DNA of 64,000 nt from Candidatus Pampinifervens sinense (GCA_037927135.1 JAXSPP010000008.1:19281-83280), one strand, 5' to 3'; shown: positions 19,589-29,906, counted from the stretch's first letter. Numbers and translations are program-made. The notes: generated from the letters alone by a model not told the origin.

Positions 19589-22171
19589 TTATGTGGCTTG
19601 GCCTTTTAAAAGATCCAGAAACTTGTCAAGGGTTATAGGCTTGCTAAGATAATAGCCTTGCAGATAATCACAACTCATTCTCATAAGCAAATCTGCTTGC
19701 CACTCATATTCCACACCCTCCGCTATGGTTTTTATGTTTAGAGTCTTACACATGCTTACAAGATGTTGCACTATGTTGAGGGTTTTTACATCTTCTAACC
19801 TGTCCACAAAGGACTTGTCTATTTTTAGATAGCTTATAGGGAACTTGGAAAGGAGGGAAAGTGAGGAATACAGAATGCCAAAGTCATCAAGGACTATGCT
19901 TATGCCCAAGTTATGCACCTCTTCCAAGATTCTATTAGCCCTTTCTAGGTCTTTTATTACAGCCTCCTCTGTTATCTCCAAGTTTATAAGGCTTGGGCTA
20001 ATTTCATACTTCTCTATAAGACTTTTAAGGTAATCTGGGAGGTCTTCATCTATACTGAGGGGGGAAAGGTTTAAATAGATGGGAACACTTATAGAATAGT
20101 CTTTTATGAGTCTCATGGCCTCTTCAAAGACCCAATAGTCAAGCCTTTTTGTGAGCCTTTTCTTTTCCACAATGTGTAAAAAGTCCTTGGGATACAAAAG
20201 GCCAAAAACGGCAGAATACCATCTTATAAGGGCTTCAGCTCCAACCGGTCTTAGGTCCTTTGAGCTATAGTAGGGCTGGAAGTGCAGTACAAACTCACCC
20301 CTCTCTATGGCATAGTTTAGTTCTTCTCCAATCTTTAGATCTTTTATTATTCTCTCTTCTTCACCCTTTTTATAATATGCAAAGGAAGAAGTGCCACCCT
20401 TTGCCTGTTTGAGGGCAAGAATAGCCTTTTCCACAAGCTCAGATGGGCTCCTTCCATCCAAGGGGTATATGGATATGCCTATGTTTACTGTGAGCTTTAG
20501 GTCTTGTGCAGCCTTTAAGATATCCCTTGTGAGCTCTTCAAGGTCCTTTGGACTCTCCAGTCTTTTGAAAACCAAAAACTCATCAGAGCCATACCTTCCG
20601 CATCCGTCCCCAACCTTTGAAAGCCTTTCCGCAAAGGAGGAAAGGATCTTATCACCCACAGAGTATCCATACAATAGGTTTATGCTGGAGAAGTTGTATA
20701 TATCTACAAAGGCTACCGCTATATTTCCTCCCTCTTTCGTAGCCTCTTCCAAAAGCTCAAGAAAGTGCTCCCTGTTTGGCACGCCGGTAAGGAGGTCGTA
20801 GTTGGAAAGGAACCTTAGCCTTTCTTCTATTTGCTTAACCTGTGTAATGTCTCTTCCAACGGCCACGAAATTGCTTATCTCACCCTTATCATCCCTTATA
20901 GGAACTATCTTAGAGTCAAGGTAGAAAAGGCTACCATCTTTTCTTCTGTTTATAAAGGTAGCATAAAAGACTTTTCCAGAGGTAATAGTATCCCACAGCT
21001 CCTTATAGAAATCCTCAGAGTGCAAGCCAGACTTAAATATGGAGGGCCTTTTACCTATGAGCTTTTCCCTTTTGTAGCCCGATATCTCCTCCACTGCAGG
21101 GTTTACATACTCAATGTAGCCGTTCTTGTCTGTTATCACGATCCAATCCTTTATTTCCTCTACAGCCCTAAAGAGGGTGTCCTTTGTCCTTAAGGTTTCT
21201 AAGTGTTCAAGGGCAAAGGATATGTCTTCTGCAAGCTCCTCCACAAGCTTTAGAACATCCCCAGTAAAGAAGTTCTTTTTGTCAGAGTATAGGTTTATGG
21301 TGCCAATTATCCTACCCTTAAACCTTATGGGATGGGCGCAGCTTGAGAGGTAGTTTCTCTTTAGCATCTCCTCCCGCCATGGAGCCATGGCTGGGTTTGT
21401 TTCTGTGTCGTTGTTTACCTGCACTCTGTCCTCTATTATGGCTCTGGCTGTGGGTCCCTTATTTACACTCTCATCGTATATGTTGATATTCAAAGAGCTA
21501 AGATAGTTTTCCACATAACCAGAGGAACAAAGTGGTTTTACATTGCCCTTTTCATCCAAAAGCCCCACCCATGCCATCCTAAACATACCCTCTTCAGTTG
21601 CTGCTTTGCAGAACCATCTTAGAAGCTCTTCCTTATCCTTTGCCTGTAAGATGATATGATTGACGGAGGATAGAGTTTTATACATCCTAAGTAAAAAGTC
21701 TCCCTTTTGTTTTTCAAGCAAAAGGCTTATCAAGCTGGCTGTATAAAGGGCCTTGTATCTTTCAAAGACTGCCCATTGCCTCCTTTGAGACTTCTCAAGG
21801 GACAAAAAGCCAAAGGGCTTTCCTTCAAACCATACAGGGATGGCAAGAAAGAGGTATGTATTGTTGGACCTAAAGTAGTCTTTCATACATTGGCTTAGCC
21901 TTTCATCCTCCTGTGCCCTTTTACTTTCAAAGATGCCTTCCTCTTCTAAGGTTTGTAAAAATTCTTCACATCTATCCTTTTCAAAATAATACCCTTTTTC
22001 AAAATCCCCCTTTTCTTTTACATAGAGCCACTCGCAAAAAATTATCTCCTCTTTTATGCTCCAAAAGCCCACCCTTTCTGCTTCTGTTTCCTCTGCACAA
22101 GTTTTTAAAAGTGGCTTTATAAATTCCTCTTTTTCAAGGACTTTATAAATGGTTTTCAAGATTTCATGCAT
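19589..22171 (-). CDS. GAF-GAF-PAS-GGDEF(degenerate)-EAL protein, probable c-di-GMP phosphodiesterase
   Basis: PAS (YVNPA...SGY), degenerate YGSDEF, intact EAL, DDFG, KIDKSF, AEGVE, QGY. Confidence 0.9.
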   Translation of the reverse strand: MHEILKTIYKVLEKEEFIKPLLKTCAEETEAERVGFWSIKEEIIFCEWLYVKEKGDFEKGYYFEKDRCEEFLQTLEEEGIFESKRAQEDERLSQCMKDYFRSNNTYLFLAIPVWFEGKPFGFLSLEKSQRRQWAVFERYKALYTASLISLLLEKQKGDFLLRMYKTLSSVNHIILQAKDKEELLRWFCKAATEEGMFRMAWVGLLDEKGNVKPLCSSGYVENYLSSLNINIYDESVNKGPTARAIIEDRVQVNNDTETNPAMAPWREEMLKRNYLSSCAHPIRFKGRIIGTINLYSDKKNFFTGDVLKLVEELAEDISFALEHLETLRTKDTLFRAVEEIKDWIVITDKNGYIEYVNPAVEEISGYKREKLIGKRPSIFKSGLHSEDFYKELWDTITSGKVFYATFINRRKDGSLFYLDSKIVPIRDDKGEISNFVAVGRDITQVKQIEERLRFLSNYDLLTGVPNREHFLELLEEATKEGGNIAVAFVDIYNFSSINLLYGYSVGDKILSSFAERLSKVGDGCGRYGSDEFLVFKRLESPKDLEELTRDILKAAQDLKLTVNIGISIYPLDGRSPSELVEKAILALKQAKGGTSSFAYYKKGEEERIIKDLKIGEELNYAIERGEFVLHFQPYYSSKDLRPVGAEALIRWYSAVFGLLYPKDFLHIVEKKRLTKRLDYWVFEEAMRLIKDYSISVPIYLNLSPLSIDEDLPDYLKSLIEKYEISPSLINLEITEEAVIKDLERANRILEEVHNLGISIVLDDFGILYSSLSLLSKFPISYLKIDKSFVDRLEDVKTLNIVQHLVSMCKTLNIKTIAEGVEYEWQADLLMRMSCDYLQGYYLSKPITLDKFLDLLKGQAT

Positions 22172-22374
22172 GATATCTTCCTTTTTCAGTATGGTTTGTG
22201 AAACCGTTGAAAATCAAACTCCAAACGGGGGGGGTGAAATTATCCTATACATAGTAAAAATTTTAAAACTCTTTTGAAATCCTTGCAACTGGGTGTTTCT
22301 TTCTTGGATAAAAGTCTTGAAATTTTAGCTCTATTATGATATCATAAAAAAACAATTTGCATAAAGATTGAGCC

Positions 22375-22794
22375 ATGAGAGTTTTTGTAATTTTTCTAAT
22401 GGTATTTTCTTTAGTGTTGGCCAAAGAGTGCAAGGTTTATGAGGGTTATGCCAGCTGGTATGGAAAGGGCTTTCATGGAAGAAAAACAAGCTCTGGTGAG
22501 ATATTTAACAAATACAAATACACGGCCGCCTCAAGGTATTTTCCTCTTGGAACATATCTGCTTGTTAGGAACCTAAGCAACGGTAAAGAGGTGGTGGTAA
22601 TAGTGACAGATAGAGGTCCACATAAGAAAGGCAGGATCATTGACCTCTCAAAGGCTGCGGCAGAAAAGCTAGACTTTTTAAGGCAAGGCATTACAAAGGT
22701 TCAAATTATGCCCCTCTCCTGTGCTGTGCAGGAGGAAAAGGTAGGTGAAGAAGACCACGAGGAGATCATAAGGGACCTTTTAAACACCCTCTAG
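22375..22794 (+). CDS. rlpA: Septal ring lytic transglycosylase RlpA family (DPBB)
   Basis: GYASWYG, FHGRKT, DRGP, IIDLSKAAA. Confidence 0.9.
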   Translation: MRVFVIFLMVFSLVLAKECKVYEGYASWYGKGFHGRKTSSGEIFNKYKYTAASRYFPLGTYLLVRNLSNGKEVVVIVTDRGPHKKGRIIDLSKAAAEKLDFLRQGITKVQIMPLSCAVQEEKVGEEDHEEIIRDLLNTL

Positions 22795-23589
22795 CACTCT
22801 GTTGACTACAAGCGTTCCACAGCCTCCGAGCCTGTCTTTTCTGTAGCGTGTAGAAAGCGTAACCCTTATGCCATAGGACCTAAGAAGTAAAAAGGCCTCT
22901 TCATAGGCCATGTCTCCCACATCCTCATAGCCTTCCCTAGTTTTGTTGTAGCGAAGAAGGGTTATACCTACACCTAGCTCCTTTGCGAGCCTTGCAAGGT
23001 CCAGCAAATCTTGTGGAGAGTCGTTTATACCCTTTAGAAGTATATAGGCAAGGCTTACCTTCCTTCTCTTTCTTAGAGACATGTTTGAAAGCTCTTCCTT
23101 TAAGGTTTTTATAAGATCTTCTAGCGGGCCTGCATGAGGCACAAGCTTCCTTCTTTTTCTTTCATCGGTAGAATGCAAAGATATGCTCACGCCAGAGTGG
23201 GGAAGTCTTAAGAGCTCCTTCAAGTTTTTTGTAGGGTGTCCTGTGGTGTAAAAGCTCACCTTCAGGCCAAGGCTCTTGAAATACCAAAAGGCCTCCTTTA
23301 CAGCTTCCCAGTTCATCAAAGGCTCACCTATGCCCGCCACCGCTATCCTTTTTATGCTTACCATATCTTTTAAAAGCTCATACTGGCCTATCAGCTCTTT
23401 AAAGCTAAGGTTTCTCAAAAGGCCTTCCTTCCCAGAGAGGCAGAAGGGACAACCTATGGCACAGCCCACCTGCGTGGATATGCATAGCGTATCACCCCTA
23501 TAAAAGACAGCCTCTACCCTTTTGCCATCCTCAAGCTCAAAGAGGAAAAGCCTGTTTAGATCACTGCTCAAGTCCTGCAAAAGCCTCAT
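22780..23589 (-). CDS. Short RlmN/Cfr-like radical SAM protein
   Basis: TLCISTQVGCAIGCPFC, GIGEPL, ISLH, C-terminal GGCGTL; start moved to ATG 23589. Confidence 0.8.
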   Translation of the reverse strand: MRLLQDLSSDLNRLFLFELEDGKRVEAVFYRGDTLCISTQVGCAIGCPFCLSGKEGLLRNLSFKELIGQYELLKDMVSIKRIAVAGIGEPLMNWEAVKEAFWYFKSLGLKVSFYTTGHPTKNLKELLRLPHSGVSISLHSTDERKRRKLVPHAGPLEDLIKTLKEELSNMSLRKRRKVSLAYILLKGINDSPQDLLDLARLAKELGVGITLLRYNKTREGYEDVGDMAYEEAFLLLRSYGIRVTLSTRYRKDRLGGCGTLVVNRVLEGV

Positions 23590-24430
23590 TTTCCAGCACA
23601 CCCCTTCTGCAACAGCTTCCGCATGCCTTGCAGTGCTCCAGGGCCCTCTCATAGCCCTTTGGCAGTATATCATCCAAGCTTACTTCCTTCCTTGACTCTT
23701 CTGAGACAAGCAAAACCTTCCATCTTATCGGGTCCACAAGCTCCACTTTGTAAACCTTTCCCTCATAGCATAGCTCGCTTCCCACCTCTGGAAGGAGAGC
23801 CTTTACAAGGTAGTTCTCCCTTTCAAAGACAAGACAGCACATTAGCCTACCACATGGACCTGTAAACTTTTGAGGAGAGAGAGGGAGATTCTGTTCCTCT
23901 ATGTCCCTTAAAGATACCGATTGAAACTCCTCTTGAAACCTCACACAGCAAGGGAGTTCACCGCATGCGCCTATCCATCCCATCATCTGCACCGCATCCC
24001 TCACCCCTATCTGCCTCATCTCTATCCTTCTTTTGAAGATCTTTGCAAGGTCTCTTACCAGGCTTCTAAAATCTACCCTCTGCTCTGCGGTGTAATAGAA
24101 AAAGATCTTGTTTCTGTCTAAGGGTATGTATGCCTTCAAAAGCTTCATCTCAAGACCATGTTCTACAGCCTTCTTCTTGCATATCTCAAGCGCCTCTTTT
24201 GCCCTTTCTTCATTTTCCCTCATTATCCTCATATCCTCTTCCGAAGCCTTCCTGATAAAGTAAGCCTTTAGCGGTGCTGGTTCTTTTGAAGCACCAAGGA
24301 CCTTTACCACTTCTTCACCCTTTTCCGATTGGACCACAAGGTAATCGCCCCTTGCCACATCCTTTTCCCATACACCTTCTACCTGAAGTATCTTATTGGT
24401 ATCTTGAAAGCGTGCTTTTATATAAGACAT
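23561..24430 (-). CDS. PSP1/RicT (YaaT) family Fe-S protein
   Basis: RVDFRSLVRDL, IEMRQIGVRD, GACGELPCC, GPCGRLMCCL. Confidence 0.9.
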   Translation of the reverse strand: MSYIKARFQDTNKILQVEGVWEKDVARGDYLVVQSEKGEEVVKVLGASKEPAPLKAYFIRKASEEDMRIMRENEERAKEALEICKKKAVEHGLEMKLLKAYIPLDRNKIFFYYTAEQRVDFRSLVRDLAKIFKRRIEMRQIGVRDAVQMMGWIGACGELPCCVRFQEEFQSVSLRDIEEQNLPLSPQKFTGPCGRLMCCLVFERENYLVKALLPEVGSELCYEGKVYKVELVDPIRWKVLLVSEESRKEVSLDDILPKGYERALEHCKACGSCCRRGVLENEAFAGLEQ

Positions 24431-24432
24431 GC

Positions 24433-25350
24433 TTATTTACCTCCTCTTATCTGAAGTAGTAAAAGACTAAGCCTTATCCCTCTGTTTAAATATTCTAATC
24501 CCCATGCTATCATGTCAAGGATCTTCTTAAGCTCATAATTCCTATTTTCCACATACCTTTTATGCAGTATAGCCTGGAGTAGCTTTAGAAGCGTTTGTTG
24601 CCTATCTTGTTCCCAGTCTTCCACCTGAAGCACCCTTTTGTATAGGGTGAGAGCGTCCCCCTCCAATATATCCTTTGCAGCGTTTAACAACTCCTTATCC
24701 TCCTTTAGCTTCTTTGCCATGCTTATGCTACCTTCTGCAAGCTCAAGGATAAGCGGATCCTCTATGCCCGTCAACCTCTTTAGCTCCTCCTGGGTCAAGG
24801 GTGGTATCTCTATAAGGAAGCTCCTTGACCTTACAGTGCTGAGAAGCTTTTGAACCTGGCTTGTTATGAGTATAAAGTGTGTGTCTTCTGGTGGCTCTTC
24901 TAGCACCTTAAGAAGGGCATTCTGTGCGTATGGGTTCATGGCCTCCGCTGGCTCAATAATGATTACCTTCCTCTTTGATAGGGCTGGGCTAAGATATACA
25001 AAGTCTTTCACACCCCTAATCTGATCTATCTTTATCTCAGCCTTTTCCGGTGCAAGGTATATAAAGTCTGGATGGTCTCCCCTAAGGTATAGATATACCT
25101 TTTTACCCCTCTTGTCCTCCCCATAGAACTTTAGCTCTTCCGTCTTTTTTTGTTTAAAGTCCTCCATGTGTCTGCATGATTCACAGCTACCGCAGGGTGG
25201 ATACCTATTTTCAAGACACAGAAGGGCCATAGCCCACTCAAAGCCAAGCTCCTTTTTGCCTATACCTTCCTTACCATAGAAGATGATGGAAGATGGAATT
25301 CTTTTCTGATAGAAGAGACTGCTCAAAAACTTTTTGACCCTTTCCCTCAT
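24433..25350 (-). CDS. holB: DNA polymerase III delta' subunit
   Basis: GKEGIGK, Zn motif PCGSCESC, HPD, NALLKVLEEPP, TVRSR; ATG 25350 couples to the accC stop (TGATG). Confidence 0.9.
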   Translation of the reverse strand: MRERVKKFLSSLFYQKRIPSSIIFYGKEGIGKKELGFEWAMALLCLENRYPPCGSCESCRHMEDFKQKKTEELKFYGEDKRGKKVYLYLRGDHPDFIYLAPEKAEIKIDQIRGVKDFVYLSPALSKRKVIIIEPAEAMNPYAQNALLKVLEEPPEDTHFILITSQVQKLLSTVRSRSFLIEIPPLTQEELKRLTGIEDPLILELAEGSISMAKKLKEDKELLNAAKDILEGDALTLYKRVLQVEDWEQDRQQTLLKLLQAILHKRYVENRNYELKKILDMIAWGLEYLNRGIRLSLLLLQIRGGK

Positions 25351-26681
25351 CAGATCATCAGCTCCTCTATAAACCTTATGTGATGTCTGCCCTGTTGGAA
25401 CTCCCTTGTGGATAATACCCTTTTGTGGAACTCTATGTTGGTCTTTAAGCCGTTTCCAGATATGCGAAACTCTTCCAAGGCCCTTAGGGCCCTTCTTATG
25501 GCCTCTTCCCTCGTTTGGCCCCAGCATACAAGCTTGGCAAGAAGGGAGTCATAAAAGGGTGGCACCACATAGCCACAGTAAAGATGTGTATCTACCCTCA
25601 CACCGTAGCCACCAGGTATATACAGCTCCTCCACCTTTCCGGGAGAGGGTAAAAAGGTGTTTGGGTCCTCTGCGTTTATCCTACACTCTATGGCATAGCC
25701 CCTTCTTTGTAGCTTTCCTATGTTTAACCTCTCCCCCCTTGCTATCCTTATCTGCCACTCTACAAGGTCAATGCCGTAGACCATCTCTGTAACGGGATGC
25801 TCCACCTGTATGCGCCCGTTCATCTCCATAAAGTAGAAGTTCCCCTCCTGGTCCATAAGGAACTCTACAGTTCCCGCACCCTCATACCCTATCTCCCTGC
25901 AGAACTCCTTTACAAGGGCTTCCATCTCTTTTCTTTTTTCTTCCGTTAAGGCAAGGCTTGGTGCTTCCTCTATAAGCTTTTGATGTCTTCTCTGTATGGA
26001 ACACTCCCTTTCTCCAAGGGTTATAACGTTTCCATACTTGTCTGCAAGCACTTGTATCTCTATATGCTTTGGGTTTATGAGGTATTTTTCCACATAAAGC
26101 CTTCCGTCGCCGAAGGCCACCTCCGCCTCTTGCGTTGCCAATGGGAACTTCTCCCTAAGCTCTTTCTCGTTATATACCACCCTTATACCCCTACCGCCTC
26201 CACCAGCCGCAGCCTTTATGACCACAGGATAGCCTATCTTGCTTGCCACCTCAAGGGCCTTTTGAAAGTCCACTGGCCCATCGCTTCCGGGCAACAGAGG
26301 AAGGCCTACCTTTTTGGCTATCTCCCTCGCCTTTACCTTATCGCCTATAAGCTCAAGGGTTTCTGGAGATGGCCCAACAAAGACCTTACCGCTTGCCCTA
26401 ACTATCTCGGCAAACTTAGGGTTCTCTGAGAGAAAGCCATAGCCCGGATGCACTCCGTCCGCACCGGACACCTCAAGGGCAGACATGACCCTTGGTATAT
26501 CAAGGTAGCTTTTGGAGGGCTCAGAAGGCCCAATGCATAAACTTTTGTCCGCAAGCTTTACATGTATGCTGTTGCTGTCTGCCTCCGAATATATGGCCAC
26601 AGTCCTTATCCCCATTTCTCTGCATGTCCTTATTATCCTAACCGCTATCTCTCCCCTGTTGGCTATCAAAAGGCTTTTCAT
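25350..26681 (-). CDS. accC: Biotin carboxylase
   Basis: LIANRGEIA, HPGYGFLSEN, GGGGRG, EMNGRIQVEHPVTE; real start ATG 26681. Partner carboxylase not determinable. Confidence 0.88.
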   Translation of the reverse strand: MKSLLIANRGEIAVRIIRTCREMGIRTVAIYSEADSNSIHVKLADKSLCIGPSEPSKSYLDIPRVMSALEVSGADGVHPGYGFLSENPKFAEIVRASGKVFVGPSPETLELIGDKVKAREIAKKVGLPLLPGSDGPVDFQKALEVASKIGYPVVIKAAAGGGGRGIRVVYNEKELREKFPLATQEAEVAFGDGRLYVEKYLINPKHIEIQVLADKYGNVITLGERECSIQRRHQKLIEEAPSLALTEEKRKEMEALVKEFCREIGYEGAGTVEFLMDQEGNFYFMEMNGRIQVEHPVTEMVYGIDLVEWQIRIARGERLNIGKLQRRGYAIECRINAEDPNTFLPSPGKVEELYIPGGYGVRVDTHLYCGYVVPPFYDSLLAKLVCWGQTREEAIRRALRALEEFRISGNGLKTNIEFHKRVLSTREFQQGRHHIRFIEELMI

Positions 26682-26719
26682 CTTGAATATTTTACACGCA
26701 AAGGCCCTACAATTTTTAC

Positions 26720-27301
26720 ATGCCCAAAAAAGTGGTTTTATGCATAACAGGTGCAAGCGGTGCCATATACGGCTACAGACTTCTGCAAGTGCTAAGCTCC
26801 ATGAACTTTCATATAGACCTTGTAGTTTCTTCTTCGGGCTGGATAGTTTTAAAGGAAGAGTTGGATATTACAAAAGAGGATATACTCAAAGAGTTTCCAA
26901 GTGTAAACCTCTTGTCGGAAAAGGACATAGCCAGTCCTGTGGCAAGCGGCTCAAGGCTTGTAAAATACACCGGCGTAATCATAGCCCCCTGTTCTATGAG
27001 CACACTGGCCCACATAGCCAAGGGAACAAACCAAAACCTCATCCATCGCATAGGTGAGGTGGCTCTAAAGGAAAGGGTGCCCCTTGTATTGCTTGTGCGC
27101 GAAGCACCCTACTCCCTTGTGCATATAAAAAACATGCTTGAAGTAGCCCAGGCCGGCGCCATAGTTATGCCCGCAAGCCCAGGCTTTTACCACAGACCTA
27201 AAACAATTCAAGACCTTGTGGATTTTGTGGTAGGAAAGGTTTTAGACAGTCTGAGGCTGGAGCACAGGCTTTATAGAAGATGGAGAGAAGAAAAAGACTA
27301 A
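26720..27301 (+). CDS. ubiX: Flavin prenyltransferase
   Basis: ITGASG, ASGS, APCSM, LKER, PGFYHRP. Confidence 0.93.
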   Translation: MPKKVVLCITGASGAIYGYRLLQVLSSMNFHIDLVVSSSGWIVLKEELDITKEDILKEFPSVNLLSEKDIASPVASGSRLVKYTGVIIAPCSMSTLAHIAKGTNQNLIHRIGEVALKERVPLVLLVREAPYSLVHIKNMLEVAQAGAIVMPASPGFYHRPKTIQDLVDFVVGKVLDSLRLEHRLYRRWREEKD

Positions 27302-27326
27302 ATTTAATACTAAGGAGGTGAGTATC

Positions 27327-27638
27327 ATGGGGCTTTATGTCATGCTTACAAAGATCTCACCCTATGCGGTCAAAAACCTTGAAAAGCTAAAGGAGATAGA
27401 ACAGCAGGTAAAAAAGCTCATTGAGGAGAATTGCCCCAATGTCAAGTGGATCATGAACCTTGTAGTCTTTGGTCCCTATGACTATCTGGATATATTTGAG
27501 GCATCAAGCGATGAGGAAGCGGCAAAGGTTGCCATGATCGTAAGGTCCTTTGGACATGCCACCACAGAAACCTGGCCTGCCATACAATGGAAGGACTTTA
27601 AAAATATCATCGGAAGCATAAAGATAGAATACAGCTAA
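27327..27638 (+). CDS. GYD domain protein
   Basis: FGPYD motif, ~100 aa; AAGGAGG SD before ATG 27327. Confidence 0.75.
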   Translation: MGLYVMLTKISPYAVKNLEKLKEIEQQVKKLIEENCPNVKWIMNLVVFGPYDYLDIFEASSDEEAAKVAMIVRSFGHATTETWPAIQWKDFKNIIGSIKIEYS

Positions 27639-27641
27639 AGC

Positions 27642-28535
27642 ATGCTATACCCTTCTTATCTGAACCTTACAGAAAAGGACTGGCAAGAGAGGATAGAAAA
27701 GGCCCTTGGTATGCTTAAAAGCTGTAGGGTCTGCCCCCACAGATGCGGAGTAAACAGGTTGGAAGGGGAGCTGGGCTATTGCAAAACGGGAAGGTATGCA
27801 ATTGTAGCAGACTACTTTCCTCATAGGGGGGAGGAAAGGCCTATAAGGGGCAAAAGGGGCTCTGGCACCGTTTTCTTCTCTTACTGTAATATGAGATGTG
27901 TATACTGTCAAAACTACACCATAAGCCAGCTAGGGGAGGGAGAAGAGGTAAGGCCGGAAGAGCTGGCGGAGATATTTTTGACATTGCAGAGGCTTGGCTG
28001 TCATAACATAAACCTGGTTAGCCCCTCCCATGTGGTGCCACAGATATTGGAGGCCCTCTATTTGGCTGTAAAGAAGGGCCTTAGAATACCCATAGTCTAT
28101 AACACCTCTTCTTACGATAGCTTGGAGAGCTTGAAGCTCCTTGATGGCATAGTGGATATATACCTTGCGGACTTTAAATACGGAGATAGCGCCACAGGAA
28201 GAAAGTATTCAAAGGTAAAGGGCTACTATGAGGTGGCCTTAGAGGCCATAAGGGAGATGCACAGACAAGTGGGAGACCTCAAGGTGGATGAGGAGGGCAT
28301 AGCCATAAGGGGCCTGCTTATAAGACACCTTATCCTTCCAAACGGCCTTGCTGGCACAAAAAAGGTTTTAGAAAGCCTCAAAGAAATTTCTCCGCAAACT
28401 TACATAAACATCATGGACCAATATAGGCCCTATTATAAGGCCTACGACTACCCAGAACTTTCAAGAAGGATATATTATAAAGAATACCAGGAGGCTTTGG
28501 ACCTGGCAAAAGGCTTTAAACTGGTCTTAGACTAG
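27642..28535 (+). CDS. PflX-like radical SAM protein
   Basis: CRVCPHRC, HRGEE, CNMRCVYCQN, GCHNINLVSP. Confidence 0.85.
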   Translation: MLYPSYLNLTEKDWQERIEKALGMLKSCRVCPHRCGVNRLEGELGYCKTGRYAIVADYFPHRGEERPIRGKRGSGTVFFSYCNMRCVYCQNYTISQLGEGEEVRPEELAEIFLTLQRLGCHNINLVSPSHVVPQILEALYLAVKKGLRIPIVYNTSSYDSLESLKLLDGIVDIYLADFKYGDSATGRKYSKVKGYYEVALEAIREMHRQVGDLKVDEEGIAIRGLLIRHLILPNGLAGTKKVLESLKEISPQTYINIMDQYRPYYKAYDYPELSRRIYYKEYQEALDLAKGFKLVLD

Positions 28536-28536
28536 T

Positions 28537-29889
28537 ATGATAAAGCAAAGGGAGCCCATAGTTGCCATAGCCACACCCTTTGGAGAGAGCGCCATAGGGG
28601 CCATAAGGCTCTCTGGCCTTGATGTGATGAACAAGATAAGGGACCTAATTGTTATGAAAGGAGAGCCAAGGCCCAGGTATGCCCACTTTATAAAACTAAA
28701 GGATGAAAAGGGTGAGATATTGGATGAGGGCATTCTCATATACTATCCTTCTCCCAAAAGCTACACGGGAGAAGATATGGTGGAGATATTTTTACATGGC
28801 AATCCCCTCATCCTAAGAAAGGCCCTAGAGCTTTTCATCTCAAAGGGCATAAGGCTTGCAGAGCCGGGAGAGTTTACCAAAAGGGCCTTTTTGAACGGAA
28901 AGATGGACCTACTTCAAGCGGAGGCGGTGGCAGACCTCATTGGCTCCAAATCAGAAAGGGCCCTAAAGGCAGCCCAAAGGCAGCTTCAAGGAGAGCTATC
29001 TTCTCTTATAAACTCTTTGAGAGAAAGGCTGCTTGAAATACTTGCCTATGTGGAAGCTGACATAGAGTTTTCTGAAGAGGACATTCCAACTTTAAGTAAA
29101 GAACAGATAATTTACCTTTTAAAAGACATAGTTCAAAGCGTAGAAAGGCTCCTTTCAACGGTAAGAACGGGAGAGTATTTAAGAAGAGGTATAAACCTTG
29201 CCATAGTGGGGAAGCCCAACGTGGGCAAATCTTCCCTCTTTAACGCCCTTTTGGGGACAGAAAGGGCCATAACCACACCCATACCGGGGACCACAAGGGA
29301 CTTTCTCCAAGAGAGCCTTACTCTAAAAGGTATACCCATAAACCTTATAGACACTGCGGGCATAAGGCACACGGATGATCCAGTAGAAAGGATAGGTGTG
29401 GAAAGGAGCTTGCAAAAACTCAAAAGCGCCGATATGGTCCTCTTTGTTGTGGACGGAAGTAAGCCTTTGGAGGATGAGGATTTATACATATACAGGTTGG
29501 TAGAGCCTTTGGAGCACCTGGTAATCATAAACAAGATAGATCTGCCTGTGGAGGAGGAAGTGGTAAAGGCTTTCCCAAAGGCTTTGAAAGTTAGCGCGCT
29601 AAGGGGTGAAGGTATAGAGGAGCTAAAGGAGGCCATCTTGGAGAAGTTGGGTGTTTATGCTGTTGACAGCATGCATGTTTATATATCTGTAAGGCATGAA
29701 ACCCTCTTGAAAAAATCAAAGGAGGTGTTAAAATCAATAATAGACAGGCTGGAAAAGGAAGACATCTTCCCTGAGATACTTATGCTTGACCTTAGGGAAG
29801 CTATAAGTTATTTGGAAGAGATAGTAGGGGTGATAAGCACAGAAGATATCCTTGGAAGCATATTTTCAAGGTTTTGCATAGGAAAATAA
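28537..29889 (+). CDS. mnmE: tRNA modification GTPase MnmE
   Basis: GKPNVGKSS, GTTRD, DTAG, NKID, C-terminal FCIGK. Confidence 0.96.
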   Translation: MIKQREPIVAIATPFGESAIGAIRLSGLDVMNKIRDLIVMKGEPRPRYAHFIKLKDEKGEILDEGILIYYPSPKSYTGEDMVEIFLHGNPLILRKALELFISKGIRLAEPGEFTKRAFLNGKMDLLQAEAVADLIGSKSERALKAAQRQLQGELSSLINSLRERLLEILAYVEADIEFSEEDIPTLSKEQIIYLLKDIVQSVERLLSTVRTGEYLRRGINLAIVGKPNVGKSSLFNALLGTERAITTPIPGTTRDFLQESLTLKGIPINLIDTAGIRHTDDPVERIGVERSLQKLKSADMVLFVVDGSKPLEDEDLYIYRLVEPLEHLVIINKIDLPVEEEVVKAFPKALKVSALRGEGIEELKEAILEKLGVYAVDSMHVYISVRHETLLKKSKEVLKSIIDRLEKEDIFPEILMLDLREAISYLEEIVGVISTEDILGSIFSRFCIGK

Positions 29890-29906
29890 AAAGGAGGTTG
29901 TAGATT

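Noticed and set aside
22172-22374. c-di-GMP riboswitch upstream of the EAL gene
   Set aside because: No GEMM-type conserved sequence or tetraloop/receptor recognisable by eye; an Rfam scan would settle it
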